Below are positions 52,484-64,000 of a stretch of DNA of 64,000 nt, piece after piece. The notes beneath the pieces are model-generated. The model made no database searches and had not been told where the DNA came from. It saw only the letters and a list, made by a program, of their open reading frames with translations. A program made the translations under genes and the position numbers. Numbering within the stretch: position 1 is the stretch's first letter; every line of letters begins with the position of its first letter. The stretch comes from Octopus vulgaris (Eukaryota): contig OX597822.1 of NCBI GenBank assembly GCA_951406725.2, forward strand, positions 113,460,001 to 113,524,000. Direction: 5' to 3'.

Positions 52484-52946
52484 ATGAGGTGGTATCAAAA
52501 CGTTCCCGGACTAGTTGTGTAGCGCGCCAACAGATGACAGCACACGGTTGCGGGCGCAATGAGAGCTAACAGTGACCTTCATGAGGCAGTATACCCAGTG
52601 ACGTGGGTGTGTTTACTTCACAAGTTGTGAAATTTGTGTTTTTATGATTATTGTATGCTATAGTCTTCGAATTTGTCATGGACAGGAACAAAGCGCCAAC
52701 GTGAAATTTTGCGTTAAACTTGGGAAGTCTACTACAGAAACATTGAGCATGCTTCGGCAAACTTTTCACAGAGCTCTCCTCACTCGTGAGTTTCTCACCA
52801 AAACCAACATGGTATCACTTCCCGCGCCCGTCCTATTCGCCAGATTTGGTACCTGCGGACTTCCATCTCTTTCCCAAGATGAAAATACTCCTCATAGGTT
52901 GCCAGAGCGATTTGCAGAAGGTCCTCGATTCGCTTACAGAAAAACA
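52484..52946 (+). mobile_element. Internally deleted mariner element
   Basis: Left end tgaggtggtatcaaaacgttcccggact; HTH EQSANVKFCVKLGKSTTETLSMLRQ; YSPDLVPADFHLFPKMK motif; right side interrupted by SINE D. Confidence 0.85.
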
Positions 52947-53161
52947 AACGTTAGCACGCCGTGTGAAATGCTAAGCGGTATTTCGTCTGCCGCTACGTTC
53001 TGAGTTCAAATTCCACCGAGGTCGACATTGCCTTTCATCCTTTCGGGGTCGATTAAATAAGTACCACTTACGCACTGGGGTCGATATAATCGACTTAATC
53101 CGTTTGTCTGTCCTTATTTGTCCCTTCTGTGTTTAGCCCCTTGTGGGTAGTAAAGAAATAG
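52947..53161 (+). mobile_element. SINE D
   Basis: Matches 22208-22444. Confidence 0.88.
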
Positions 53162-54150
53162 ATATATGTGCATATGAAGGTAGAACTTAATAAGAGTGTC
53201 AAAATAAATGCTATCCTTGAAGCAGAGCTGATTTAAACAGATTGTAGGAAAGAGAGGTCTCCATGGTTACATTTTGTCATGTACGTAAATTCTAAGAAAT
53301 GTTGGTATTTGGCATGTCAGTCCTGATTGAGAAGACTTATGAGCAAAACTTGTCTTTTTAAGCCTGTCTAGAACATTCAAAATATTTTTTATTTATGATG
53401 ATTTCAGAGAGGTATTGCTAATTTCTTGCAGCATAAGGGGCCATGTAAGGCTCCCTCGTTGGTTCGTCTAAAACAATGTTACCCGAGAAATTGAGAAACA
53501 ATGTTTGCGTAAGTAGCAAACCATTAGAAGTGAATTTCTTAAAGAAAGAAATTTTGTTGACACTTTCGTAATTTATTATATAAACAGAATATTTCAAATA
53601 ATAGAAAAGTAAATGAAATGATGACATATTTTTTTGGAAGTTTAGTGTATACCTAATTTAACAAGATTCTTAAATGAAAACACAAAATCTTTGGATTAAC
53701 TCCAATATCAACGAACCGAAAGAAACAACATTTTATCTGTTTCTCAATGAATCATACAATGTACTGATATGAACTATAACAGACATAAGCAGAGCCTTTT
53801 ACAAATAAATTCAAAAAGAGGAAACGGAGCAATTTGGATACAGACACAAAAACATTTAAAATTTTCAAAACTTTTCATTTTACAGTAAACAATATTTTTT
53901 CGATAAATAAGAACATTAATGCATTTCACCATTTTATAGATATATGGTTTCCATACTTAAATAAACAATAGAAAAAAAGATAACTAAAAAAAATATGAAG
54001 AACTTCCGTACTGTTAAGGCTTACACTAAGATGCCGGAAGTGCTTTTTTGACTCGTTGGTATAAATAACAATACACTTGAATATATTTTCTTGTGGTCGT
54101 TAATTTACTTGAAATGGTGACATTTTTTCTTTTTGTTTTCTATTTTCCAG

Positions 54151-54175
54151 CAATAACAGCAGTGCAAATTATCCT
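54151..54175 (+). other. Candidate 25-nt microexon
   Basis: Acceptor cattttttctttttgttttctattttccag, exon CAATAACAGCAGTGCAAATTATCCT, donor gtaagt; two frames open (NNSSANYP / ITAVQII). Confidence 0.4.
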
Positions 54176-54852
54176 GTAAGTAAATTGTGTTTGTGTATTT
54201 TGAGACATATTTCTTTCATTTATTTTAATATTTGTTTGAGTTTTTTTTCTCCTTATATAGAATAATTTTACATAAGAATCTATTATCCTCTATTCGTTTC
54301 TAATATTTCAATGCAATTTATGCCAACTTTTCATTTTAATGATATTTTGCTCATACGTATCTCCTTTAATACCTTTCATATCATCAAATAAGCTTCCAAC
54401 ACAAGTTCTCTTAAATCGGAAATACTTTAGAGACAGGATTTGCAATGCCGATCCCTCTATCGTTTGTGACAAACTTTTTCTCCGTTCAATCGTTTATAAA
54501 GTAATGTTTGTATTAACAAAGCAAATCTTTGACCATAGAAAAGAATAAAGAATGAGTCAGTCTCATAGTCAGTTTTTTGTTGCTTCTTTTTATATGTTCA
54601 AAATGTTATCGTCAGTGTCAGCTATATTACTCACCAGCAAAAAAGAATAAAGACCGCTGGGGGAGTATTAAATAATGAGAGCTAAACATTATCAGTTTCT
54701 ATTACCAAATGTCTAAGAGTGATTTCCATAGTTTGCCTTTAGAGATTTGAAATAATATACTCTTTAATTTGTTGCAACCGGAAGTTACAAGCAAATTGTC
54801 TCGTGCTCAGAATAAAGACAGCTACCCAAATTCTCCGTCGTTCTTAACTTAC

Positions 54853-54893
54853 TCCTTCAGACTGACACAGCAGTGTACTCATTGGCGGGCGCA
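54853..54893 (-). other. Candidate 41-nt exon (5' UTR/uORF or coding)
   Basis: Acceptor tactttttgcag, donor GA|gtaagt; contains ccgccaATG (MSTLLCQSEG). Confidence 0.3.
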
Positions 54894-55250
54894 CTGCAAA
54901 AAGTATTCAAATTTCTTTCCAGATTTGCAGTTGAAAATCGCTTTTCCTGCTTATCTAAAGCTACCGCTCACTGTACTTTCCGTATAATTTGGATTTAAAA
55001 ACAATTGAAATCTGTTTTATATACGAGAAAAACAATTTGCTCATAAGTGTGAATGTTTTGGACGACTTATCAAACTATCAGCTATAACGTAGTTGAGGAT
55101 TATTGCTTCATGAATAGGTGTCTAGAATATACTGCTGTAACCGGTATGTCCATTGGTAACAAACTTTAAAAGTCATTAGTAGTTCAAATTTAGGGTTCAA
55201 ATAGTTTTCAGCAGTAAAATAAATATTTTACTATCGCACACATGCACATA

Positions 55251-55287
<37 letters not shown>

Positions 55288-55979
55288 GCTATTTAATTTC
55301 ATTTATAAGCAAAACAAAACAATGTAACTCCCTTCTTATTGTTAGTATGAATAACAATGTAAACGAATAAGTTCTGTAAAACATTTCTGTTCTGACAAGA
55401 TTTTTACCGAATAAGTTTCTCAATTTGAAATTCGGACAAGAAAATACATAAACTGATGGATACATTAAGACTCTTCAAAATTGTATATGAAGGCTACAAA
55501 AGCAGCTGTCTGTATATTTAAGTTCATAATCGGCGTGTTACAAAGAAAGTAAAAATTCTATATATTTTAAAATATCAAATAGTATAAGCTTGCAAACAGG
55601 CAGATGAAATAACGATTAAAAGTTCGAATCTTGTGAAGCAAGATCTTATTTCCTCCACTTCAAATAATAATTTCTTTCGCTGGCAATAAAGAGCCGCTAC
55701 TATGCAAATTTTAAGTATTATTCCACACCGCTAGTTTAAATATTCCAGCTTTAAATGTTCCCATCGTAGAATGCAATTTGTCGCTGGCTTACAATGTATT
55801 TTCGAATATTCTATGTAAAGTTTGGATAATTCTATGTCAATATAAATTATTTACAATTTGATTCTTATTTTATCGATTCAAAAATAGGAACGTACACTTG
55901 ACACAAAACTCATTGGTTCTCATACAAACGTATTAGAGCCGACAGAATCACGTATTATCTTTTATCTGTTATCTTCTTA

Positions 55980-56190
55980 CTGTTTACTTGTTTCACTCAT
56001 TAGACTGCGGCCATGCTGGAGCACCACACCTCTCAATTTTTGTTGAATGAATCGACCCTAGACCTTATTCTTTATAAAGGTCGGTACTTATTATATCGAT
56101 TGCTTTTGCCGAAACGCTAGGTTGCGGGAACGTAAACACACCAACACCGGTTGTCACTCGATACTAGGGGACAGACACAAACACAAAGAA

Positions 56191-56257
<67 letters not shown>

Positions 56258-56862
56258 ACTGGCTGCTTTCAGTTTCTGTCCGTCTTCTAAATCCACTCAC
56301 AAGGCTTTGGTCGTCCCGAGGCTATAGTAGAAGACACTTGCCCAAGGTGCTACTCAGTGGAAATGAACTCGGAACCATGTGGTTGGGAAGTTAGCTTCTT
56401 AGCACACAGTCACACCTGTGTCTATTCACCAAATTACTCCACTAGAATTATTGACCCAATTTTTGGTGAAACCGTACTTTCAAATACACTTTATAGTTTG
56501 ATACAAGCCACATGGTTCCAGGTTCAGTCCCACTGCGTTGCACCTTGGGCAAGTGTCTTCTACTATAACTTCGGGCCGACCAAAAACGTGTGAATGGATT
56601 TGGTAGACGGAAACTGAAAGAAGCCCGTCGTATATATATATATGTTTCTGAGTCTGTGTTTATGCCCCACCCCCACCCCAACATCACTTGACAGCCGATG
56701 CTGGTGTATTTACGTCCTCGGTACTTCACGGTTCGGCAAGAGAGACCGATAGAATAAGTACTAGGCTTACAATGAATAAGTCCTGGGATCGATTTGCTCG
56801 ACTAAAGGCGGTGCTCCAGCATGGCCGCAGTCAAATGACTGAAACGAATAAAAGAATTAAAG
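55980..56862. mobile_element. Two SINE A copies head-to-head (55980-56418 minus; 56507-56862 plus)
   Basis: Both match the family A sequence; about 90 bp apart. Confidence 0.85.
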
Positions 56863-56949
56863 AATAACGAAGAAAATAACGACCATAATTAATTCGTATA
56901 CTAAATGGTACACCTAGTTAATTATTCATTCACCACTAATTCGTTAAGG

Positions 56950-57660
56950 TCAGACAACACCGAAACATGTTCAAAGTTATCCACCCTTTCTTGTCGCCAA
57001 GAAAGAAGTCACTTCTTCAACCAGCCAACATAAAGCGGAGAAAAGATTGAGCCAGTGAGATGGTGGAGAGGCCACTAGCATTTTGGGACATTGTCATATT
57101 GTCTGAGGAGTCCATATTTGCTGTATTTCCTGACAGTGGTCGAATGTGGGTTTGGAGACTCTGTGGTCAAGAATTTGATGTGAAAAGATTGCAGTCACCA
57201 ATGAAGCACGACAGCTATTCTGGAATGGTGAGGGAAGCAATTTGAAGCAATAGGTGATCAGAGCTGGTGGAGTGTGAGGGAAACATAAACTCAGATAAAT
57301 ATGTGTCCATATTGCTGAAAGGACTCTTTTCAATCTTCTCCAAGTGGTGAAATGATTAAAAAATACTTTATTTATGGAAGATGGGACTCCTTGTCACTCG
57401 GCTAAAATGACCCAAGGTTTATTGGTTTAGAATAGCATTAAAAAACTTCCATGGTTAAGCCAGTCACTAGATATGAACCCTATTGAACACTTCTGGGACA
57501 TAATGGACAGGACACTTCATAAAAAGAACAAGAAAGCATATTCAAATACTGCATGAAACTTGGCAAGAAATTCCACAAGTAAATATTCGTCATCTGATCA
57601 GTAACATGCCTAAGAGAGTCCTTCCATTGAAAAATGCAAACGGCACTAAATATTAAACAT
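56950..57660 (+). mobile_element. Decayed Tc1 transposase fragment
   Basis: WDIVILSEESIF...WVWR, FMEDGTPCH, WLSQSLDMNPIEHFW motifs with stops and frameshifts. Confidence 0.85.
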
Positions 57661-57779
57661 TCACATTATAAGAATTAATCAATAATTTGAATGTTTAATT
57701 TCAGATTTAAATACATTTTAATGATTATAAAGATGTTTATCAACTTCTATCATGTGTGTGTGTTTGTATATATATATAT

Positions 57780-58180
57780 ACTCTTTTACTTGTTTCAGTC
57801 ATTTGACTGCGGCCATGCTGGAGCACCGCCTTTTAGTCGAGCAAATCGACCCCGGGACTTATTCTTTGTAAGTCCAGTACTTATTCTATCGGTCTCTTTT
57901 GCCGAACCGCTATTTGACGGGCACGCAAACACACCAGCATCGGTTGTCAAGCAAAGCTAGGGGGACAAACACAGACACATAGACACACACACACATATAT
58001 ATATATACATACATATATACGACAGGCTTCTTTCAGTTTCCGTCTACCAAATCCACTCACAAGGCATTGGTCGGCCCGGGGCTATAGCAGAAGACACCTG
58101 CCCAAGATGCCACGCAGTGGGACTGAACCCGGAACCATGTGGTTGGCTAGCAAGCTACTTACCACACAGCCACTCCTGCG

Positions 58181-58182
<2 letters not shown>
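57780..58182 (-). mobile_element. SINE A, full length
   Basis: Reverse complement of the 28380-28800 consensus. Confidence 0.9.
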
Positions 58183-58233
<51 letters not shown>

Positions 58234-58507
58234 ACGTATATATATTCGTTATTCTACGAAATATATACGTTTTTATTATTATTTTGCAGTTTACTTAATC
58301 ATCGGTATATTATTGTTATTTAATTTTTATATTTCTATTATATGTAATTTTCTAGATGGTGTAATTTAATTGTTCATTTTGAATTGATAAAAGGTAGTTT
58401 TTTTAATTTTTATATATATATTATATTTTGGGAAATTTGATTTAGTATTTCTAAATTGAATTTTTCCCTGTAAGTTAGGAATAATATTCCCTCAAATTAT
58501 TATTATT

Positions 58508-59060
58508 GAGTGAGAGAGCAGTGCATGCCATCAAAGTGACACTGGGGTAAAATATACGAAGCCCAATATACCCATCATGACTACCCGTCTGATAAAGGTA
58601 CACCAGGCACATGCATCACAACCATATGTGCGCGACATGGTGATCTCATATCAAGATAAACAGCACATGACCTTGCAGGTGGGGCCCAGTTAGAATTTTC
58701 TTCAGGTTGAGTAGCCCATCCCGCTCAAAAGGTCCCTGAATAAGGGTTGTTTAAGAATGTTGAAAGAACCACCCATGTTTCCAGAGGTGAATTATTCAAA
58801 CCCCAAAGAATCCCTCTCAACACATGGCTATGATGCTCCCCCACTACTTCTGCTCATGATCAGAGATGCACATATCGTCAGCCACTAAGGGACGTGCTCA
58901 ACTGGTTACGGTCAAACAACTGACAAGCAAATCTGTGGTATTGAGCAGAATATTTGCTGTAGCCCATCTTTTATACCAAGACAAAACAATGCACATGATA
59001 ACACTTCCAATCAGTTAAGATCAGAAGCCATGAGAGCCACTGCCTGGTACTGCATCAGGA

Positions 59061-59061
<1 letters not shown>
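58508..59061. mobile_element. Unclassified ~555-bp non-coding insert within (ATT)n
   Basis: Sharp composition change; (ATT)n on both sides; no ORF. Confidence 0.5.
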
Positions 59062-59148
<87 letters not shown>

Positions 59149-59542
59149 TGATGGTGATTAACTACATTAGTCAATTGGTGACACGAGAAACGAGATAACG
59201 TTATATAAATTCCATTTGGGTGTGGAGGGGGGTGCGCGCGTGTGCGTCTGTGTGTATAAACTATTCGCTGTCTTTCAGTCGAAGTTTAGGAATCAGTTTG
59301 ACAAATGCAGATGTTTCCTCGGCGAAGGATCTTTAAATTGATTTATGCCCAGTAAGCCAAGATTTTGCTTTTCATTTTTTTCTTTTCTTTCTTGGTTATT
59401 ATTGCTTCTAATATGACACTAGAGGGTCGTTTTTGCGAAGATTCCATATTCTAAAGACGTGACTAATGATAAGCAAGGCACCGGTGAAATATATTCAACC
59501 AAGAATTGAAACTCTACCGAGTTGACAAGTCAGAGGCGAAGC

Positions 59543-59561
59543 AAGCAACAGCAGCAGCAAC

Positions 59562-59592
<31 letters not shown>

Positions 59593-59635
59593 ATGGTGGT
59601 GGTGGTAGTAGTAGTAATAGTAGTAGTAGTAGTGA

Positions 59636-59684
<49 letters not shown>

Positions 59685-59785
59685 GATGGTGGTAGTAGTA
59701 GTAGTAGTAGTGGTAGTAGTAGTAGTAGTGATGGTGGTGGTGGTAGTAGTAGTAGTAGTAGTGGTGGTAGTAGTAGTAGTAGTGA

Positions 59786-59819
<34 letters not shown>

Positions 59820-59821
59820 GA

Positions 59822-59856
<35 letters not shown>

Positions 59857-60065
59857 GAAGTAGTTGTGGTGGTGGTGGTGGTGCTGGTAATAGTAGTATT
59901 AGTGTTGGCGGTGCTGACAGTGGTACTTGTAGTAGTAGTAGTACTAGTAAGTGCAGCAGCCGCGGTAGCAGCAATGGTGGGTGCGGTGAGGACTGGAAGG
60001 GGGTGGGGTGATAATAGCATGTTGGTGTTGGTGGTGGTGGTGGTGGTATTGGTGGTGGTGCGGTG
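59543..60065. repeat. Compound (GTA)n/(GTG)n trinucleotide array with higher-order unit (GTA)n-GTG-ATG-(GTG)n
   Basis: Direct reading; the GTGATG junction recurs six times. Confidence 0.95.
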
Positions 60066-60674
60066 ATGTTAGCAAAAGGAGGGGATAAAAAAAAATCCCC
60101 TGAAAAAACAACAGTCGCTTCTTCTGCTCAAGATGTATTCTCGTGCAGAAATAAAGGAAATACAAACAAGGTCCTTTAAGAAAGTATTTAAATATGCGTG
60201 TTCTTTCAACTGGTTTCCCTTTCTTTCCTTTCTCCGTTGTCTCTCTCACTCTCTCTCTATCTATCTATCTATCTCTCTCTCTCTCTCCCTGCTGCTTTCG
60301 CAGACTTCTGCCACATAAACAGCTACACTAGTTCCTACATAGAAATATCATTATTTTAAATCTTTTTTCTTGTGAGCATTTTGAAGGGAGTTGTAGTAGT
60401 AGGTAAGTAGTTTGTCCTGTTTCTTATTTGAACTCTACACCTGTTACTGACAACGTGATCACAAGCTGCCATAAACAGTTTCGCCAACGAGCCATGGAGG
60501 AAAAAAAAACATCTTACAGGCAAAATAGCTCAAATCTTTCGTAACATCAAACACATTCAAATCGCGTGTGTGTGTGTGTGTGCGTATACACACACAGACA
60601 CACAGACACAGACACACACACACGCATTCATTTATGAATATATACAAACATATATATACAGGGCATATACATAT

Positions 60675-60677
60675 AAG

Positions 60678-60708
<31 letters not shown>

Positions 60709-60744
60709 ATATATATATGTATATATAATATATATATATATATA

Positions 60745-60811
<67 letters not shown>

Positions 60812-60880
60812 TGTATATAATATATATGTATATATATATATAATATATATGTATATATATATATATATATAATATATGTG

Positions 60881-60915
<35 letters not shown>

Positions 60916-60948
60916 GTATATAATATATATATATATATATATATAATA

Positions 60949-60996
<48 letters not shown>

Positions 60997-61155
60997 GTAT
61001 ATAATATATATATTATATATATATGTATATAATATATATATTATATATATATATGTGTATATATATACATATATATATACATATATATATATATGTATAT
61101 AATATATATATTATATATATATATATATAATATATATATTATATATATATATGTG

Positions 61156-61223
<68 letters not shown>

Positions 61224-61252
61224 GTATATATATACATATAAATATATATATG

Positions 61253-61292
<40 letters not shown>

Positions 61293-61452
61293 ATATATAT
61301 ACATATAAATATATATATGTATATAATACTTATATATTATATATATATGTGTGTGTATATATATACATATAAATATATATATTATATATATATGTGTATA
61401 TATATATATACATATATATACATACATATATATATATATATATATACATACA

Positions 61453-61484
<32 letters not shown>

Positions 61485-61500
61485 CATATATATGTATGTA
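60675..61500. repeat. Long interrupted (TA)n array with higher-order repeats
   Basis: Recurrent units such as gtgtatatatatacatataaatatatatatgtatataa. Confidence 0.95.
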
Positions 61501-61864
61501 TGCATACGTGCACCCCCTCATACACACACACATCAACGCACACACATCAACGCACACACACAGATGCGCATTCATTCATATTCAGCGCAACCGAAAGTTT
61601 ATAACAAAATATTAAAATGACTCCAAAGAAAGGGAAAAGGTTATGATTAAAGATGTAAAAGATACCATGAAAATAATGCACCAACCTCGGCAGTACACGA
61701 GAGAGGAAAAGCATTCCACAGATAAGCGTTATTTGGCGAAAGATTTAGTTTTGGTGTTACTATGTTTGCAGTAATTGCGGATTTAGCACCAAAATTAGAC
61801 ACACATATCCCTCTTCCTCTCACTCTTCTCTTTCCCTTTATATGTGTATGTATGTGAGAGTGTA

Positions 61865-61904
<40 letters not shown>

Positions 61905-63755
61905 ATGCATACATATACCAACTCAGTTGTAAGATATGATCTCCACAGGGTATACTATAATTGGTCTTCCGGCGGCATTTTTCACCAAATGTGCTCAACA
62001 AATGTTCGTATAGATTATGAATTATTTGGGGCTATAATTTATGTGACAGAACAAACAGAAAGAATTAACTTCTGATACACGATGTGTTACCCGTGGTCTT
62101 GACTCGTTGTAAAACATGGAGAAAGAATAGTTCAATAATCAGACTTCAGCCCCTCGTATGGCTATTTCTATTCTGATCAGATAGAGTAGGGAGTTATTTC
62201 AGGGTTCCAGAATGTCTAACGTTTAGGTTAAAAAGTAAACCTTTCAGAGAGTAGCTGGTACTTTGGCAACTTGCAATCCCCTTCCTGTCGAGTAACGAAG
62301 TTGGGATCTGAGTCAGTTTCACAAGGCTGCCGTTGTACTAATTTGGAATGTGTCACATGTCACATTCCAAAAAATATTGAGGCAGCATGACGTAAAATAG
62401 AGTCCAAAAACATCTTCTGTAGACCCACAACGGCATTTCAATCGCTTTTTGTATCGAAGTCCAAACTTGAATCAAATGGCTGTCGAAGTTATCGATCTCG
62501 GTACCAGTCAACATGAGGAAATGCGCTTTTGGGGAGATGAGAATGGAGCTTAAAGACCATAATCGAGGACAGTCAAACTAATCAACGATGTATCCGAGAT
62601 TAAATTCCAGGACACCGACTTATTTATGTTCAACAGATAGAATACCATCAAGATTAAAGTTGAGTGGTAAGCAGTTTTGGGTACCGCGATCGTGACAGAT
62701 TCTGCAAGGTTGTGAGAAGCTTGTTGATGAGAATACAATAAGAGACCAATACTGATAGATATACTTACTGTGCTAATTTAACAGGTGATCAAAGAAACCA
62801 TTATATCTTGCAGGCAAAGGAGTCGTGTTACCTTCCAGTATCGTGAAACCGGATGTTACATAATTACTCTGGATAGAATAATTACACTACATATATTCGA
62901 ATTCGATGAAGTAGTTTCAGTGATTCTTTGAAGACTTGACCGCAGATGTGACGGTGTCTCGAAGTTTCGTTAAGGTTCGTATGAAGAATGCCCTGAACAG
63001 TACTTCAGGGGTCACTAAATTTTCATATTGTTACCGATATACCATCTTCCAGCGGTATCCAAAGAGAAAACCCTAACCTCAATTTGCTCTTGCTGTGTGC
63101 ATCGTACGCAGGGCCACCACACATTTCAGTCTTTACTACTTCTTGATGCAACAACAGATAAAACCTGCTGACACAATTTGTGGCGAACGTCTCCCGGAAG
63201 TCTTAGCTTTGGTGCCAATTGACTGTCATGACAGTCTGTGTCGATCATTTACTGGCAATTGAACTTCTTAGATCTTGGAAGAAAAAAAGAAGTGTGATGC
63301 AATTTCATGGATTGGATCTTCGATTCTAAATAATAAACATTTCCGCTTGTTTCATCCCTTGTCCCCGAATCGGGTCAAATGATGTCTTCATTGGCTTCAA
63401 CCGCTTCCTGCCGATTAGAGAGAACCTGCACATTTCTTTTCTAACAAGTTCCACAAACTAAAGCAAACATTGTTCCAGTCATTGCGTCGTTCTCACTGAC
63501 ATTAATGGCTTATCACCGAAGGACTCCTTTCTGCCAACAGGGGGTTGATGAAAGGAGACACGAGTTGAACTCAAAAACCAAAACGCAAGATTAAATACTG
63601 CAAGGTACCTCGTCCGACGTTCTGTCCACCAAGGGTCACCCAGGGTATGTATTTTATTTATCACAAAATGAAAGACTCTCTCCCGTCTCTTCCTCTCTCT
63701 CTCTTTCTCTCTCCTTCACTCTCTCTCCCCTCTCTCTCTCTCTACACACACACAC

Positions 63756-63818
<63 letters not shown>

Positions 63819-63825
63819 TATATAA

Positions 63826-64000
63826 TTAATCCAAACAAGAAAACACAAAAAAAACACAGCAACGCGAGGATGTGAAACAAATAAAGTATTATTGGACGCT
63901 CAGGGAAGAAGGAGAGTTTAACGTTTCGAGCGGAGCTCTTCGTCGGAAACATAGGAGAAGGAAAGATCCAGAGAAGGGAAGACAGAGGAAAAAAATCGCT
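63826..64000 (-). mobile_element. Short repeat with a minimal hammerhead-like motif (copy of 4797-5020), running off the window end
   Basis: Minus strand gttt-CCGACGA-A-GAGC-tcc-GCTC-GAAAC-GTT-aaac (63916-63950). Confidence 0.65.

Noticed and set aside
53432-53508. Plus-strand exon with cag/gtaagt
   Set aside because: Stops in all three frames, and the 5' part resembles a degenerate repeat also seen near 6745-6800 and 31360-31410.

Overview
AT-rich, microsatellite-saturated eukaryotic DNA that looks intronic or intergenic. The tRNA-derived SINE families and repeat density fit a cephalopod (Octopus-like) genome; this is an inference. Almost all ORFs in the track are microsatellite artefacts. 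The only long intact coding unit is a 5'-truncated CR1-group LINE on the minus strand (44200-47709) with an uninterrupted APE+RT ORF2. ORF2 has no AUG before the endonuclease domain. Its frame overlaps ORF1 by about 230 nt in the -1 frame, and that overlap holds two in-frame slippery heptamers (G GGU UUU, G GGU UUA), suggesting programmed -1 frameshifting. The LINE is nested in a SINE tail, which sits in the microsatellite of another SINE. Other notable signals are five short repeats carrying a minimal hammerhead-ribozyme-like motif with a covarying stem I, modular SINEs (2 heads, 4 tails, one tail matching the 3' end of an RTE LINE in the same window), a head-to-tail Helitron dimer, a SINE with an ~86-113 bp flanking duplication, and a patchwork inverted duplication (17.5-18.4 kb vs 23.2-24.8 kb). 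There are also decayed Tc1/mariner, hAT, RTE and RLE-type LINE remnants and a few isolated candidate exons of unidentified host transcripts. SINE family labels A-D and tail numbers 1-4 are my own working names.
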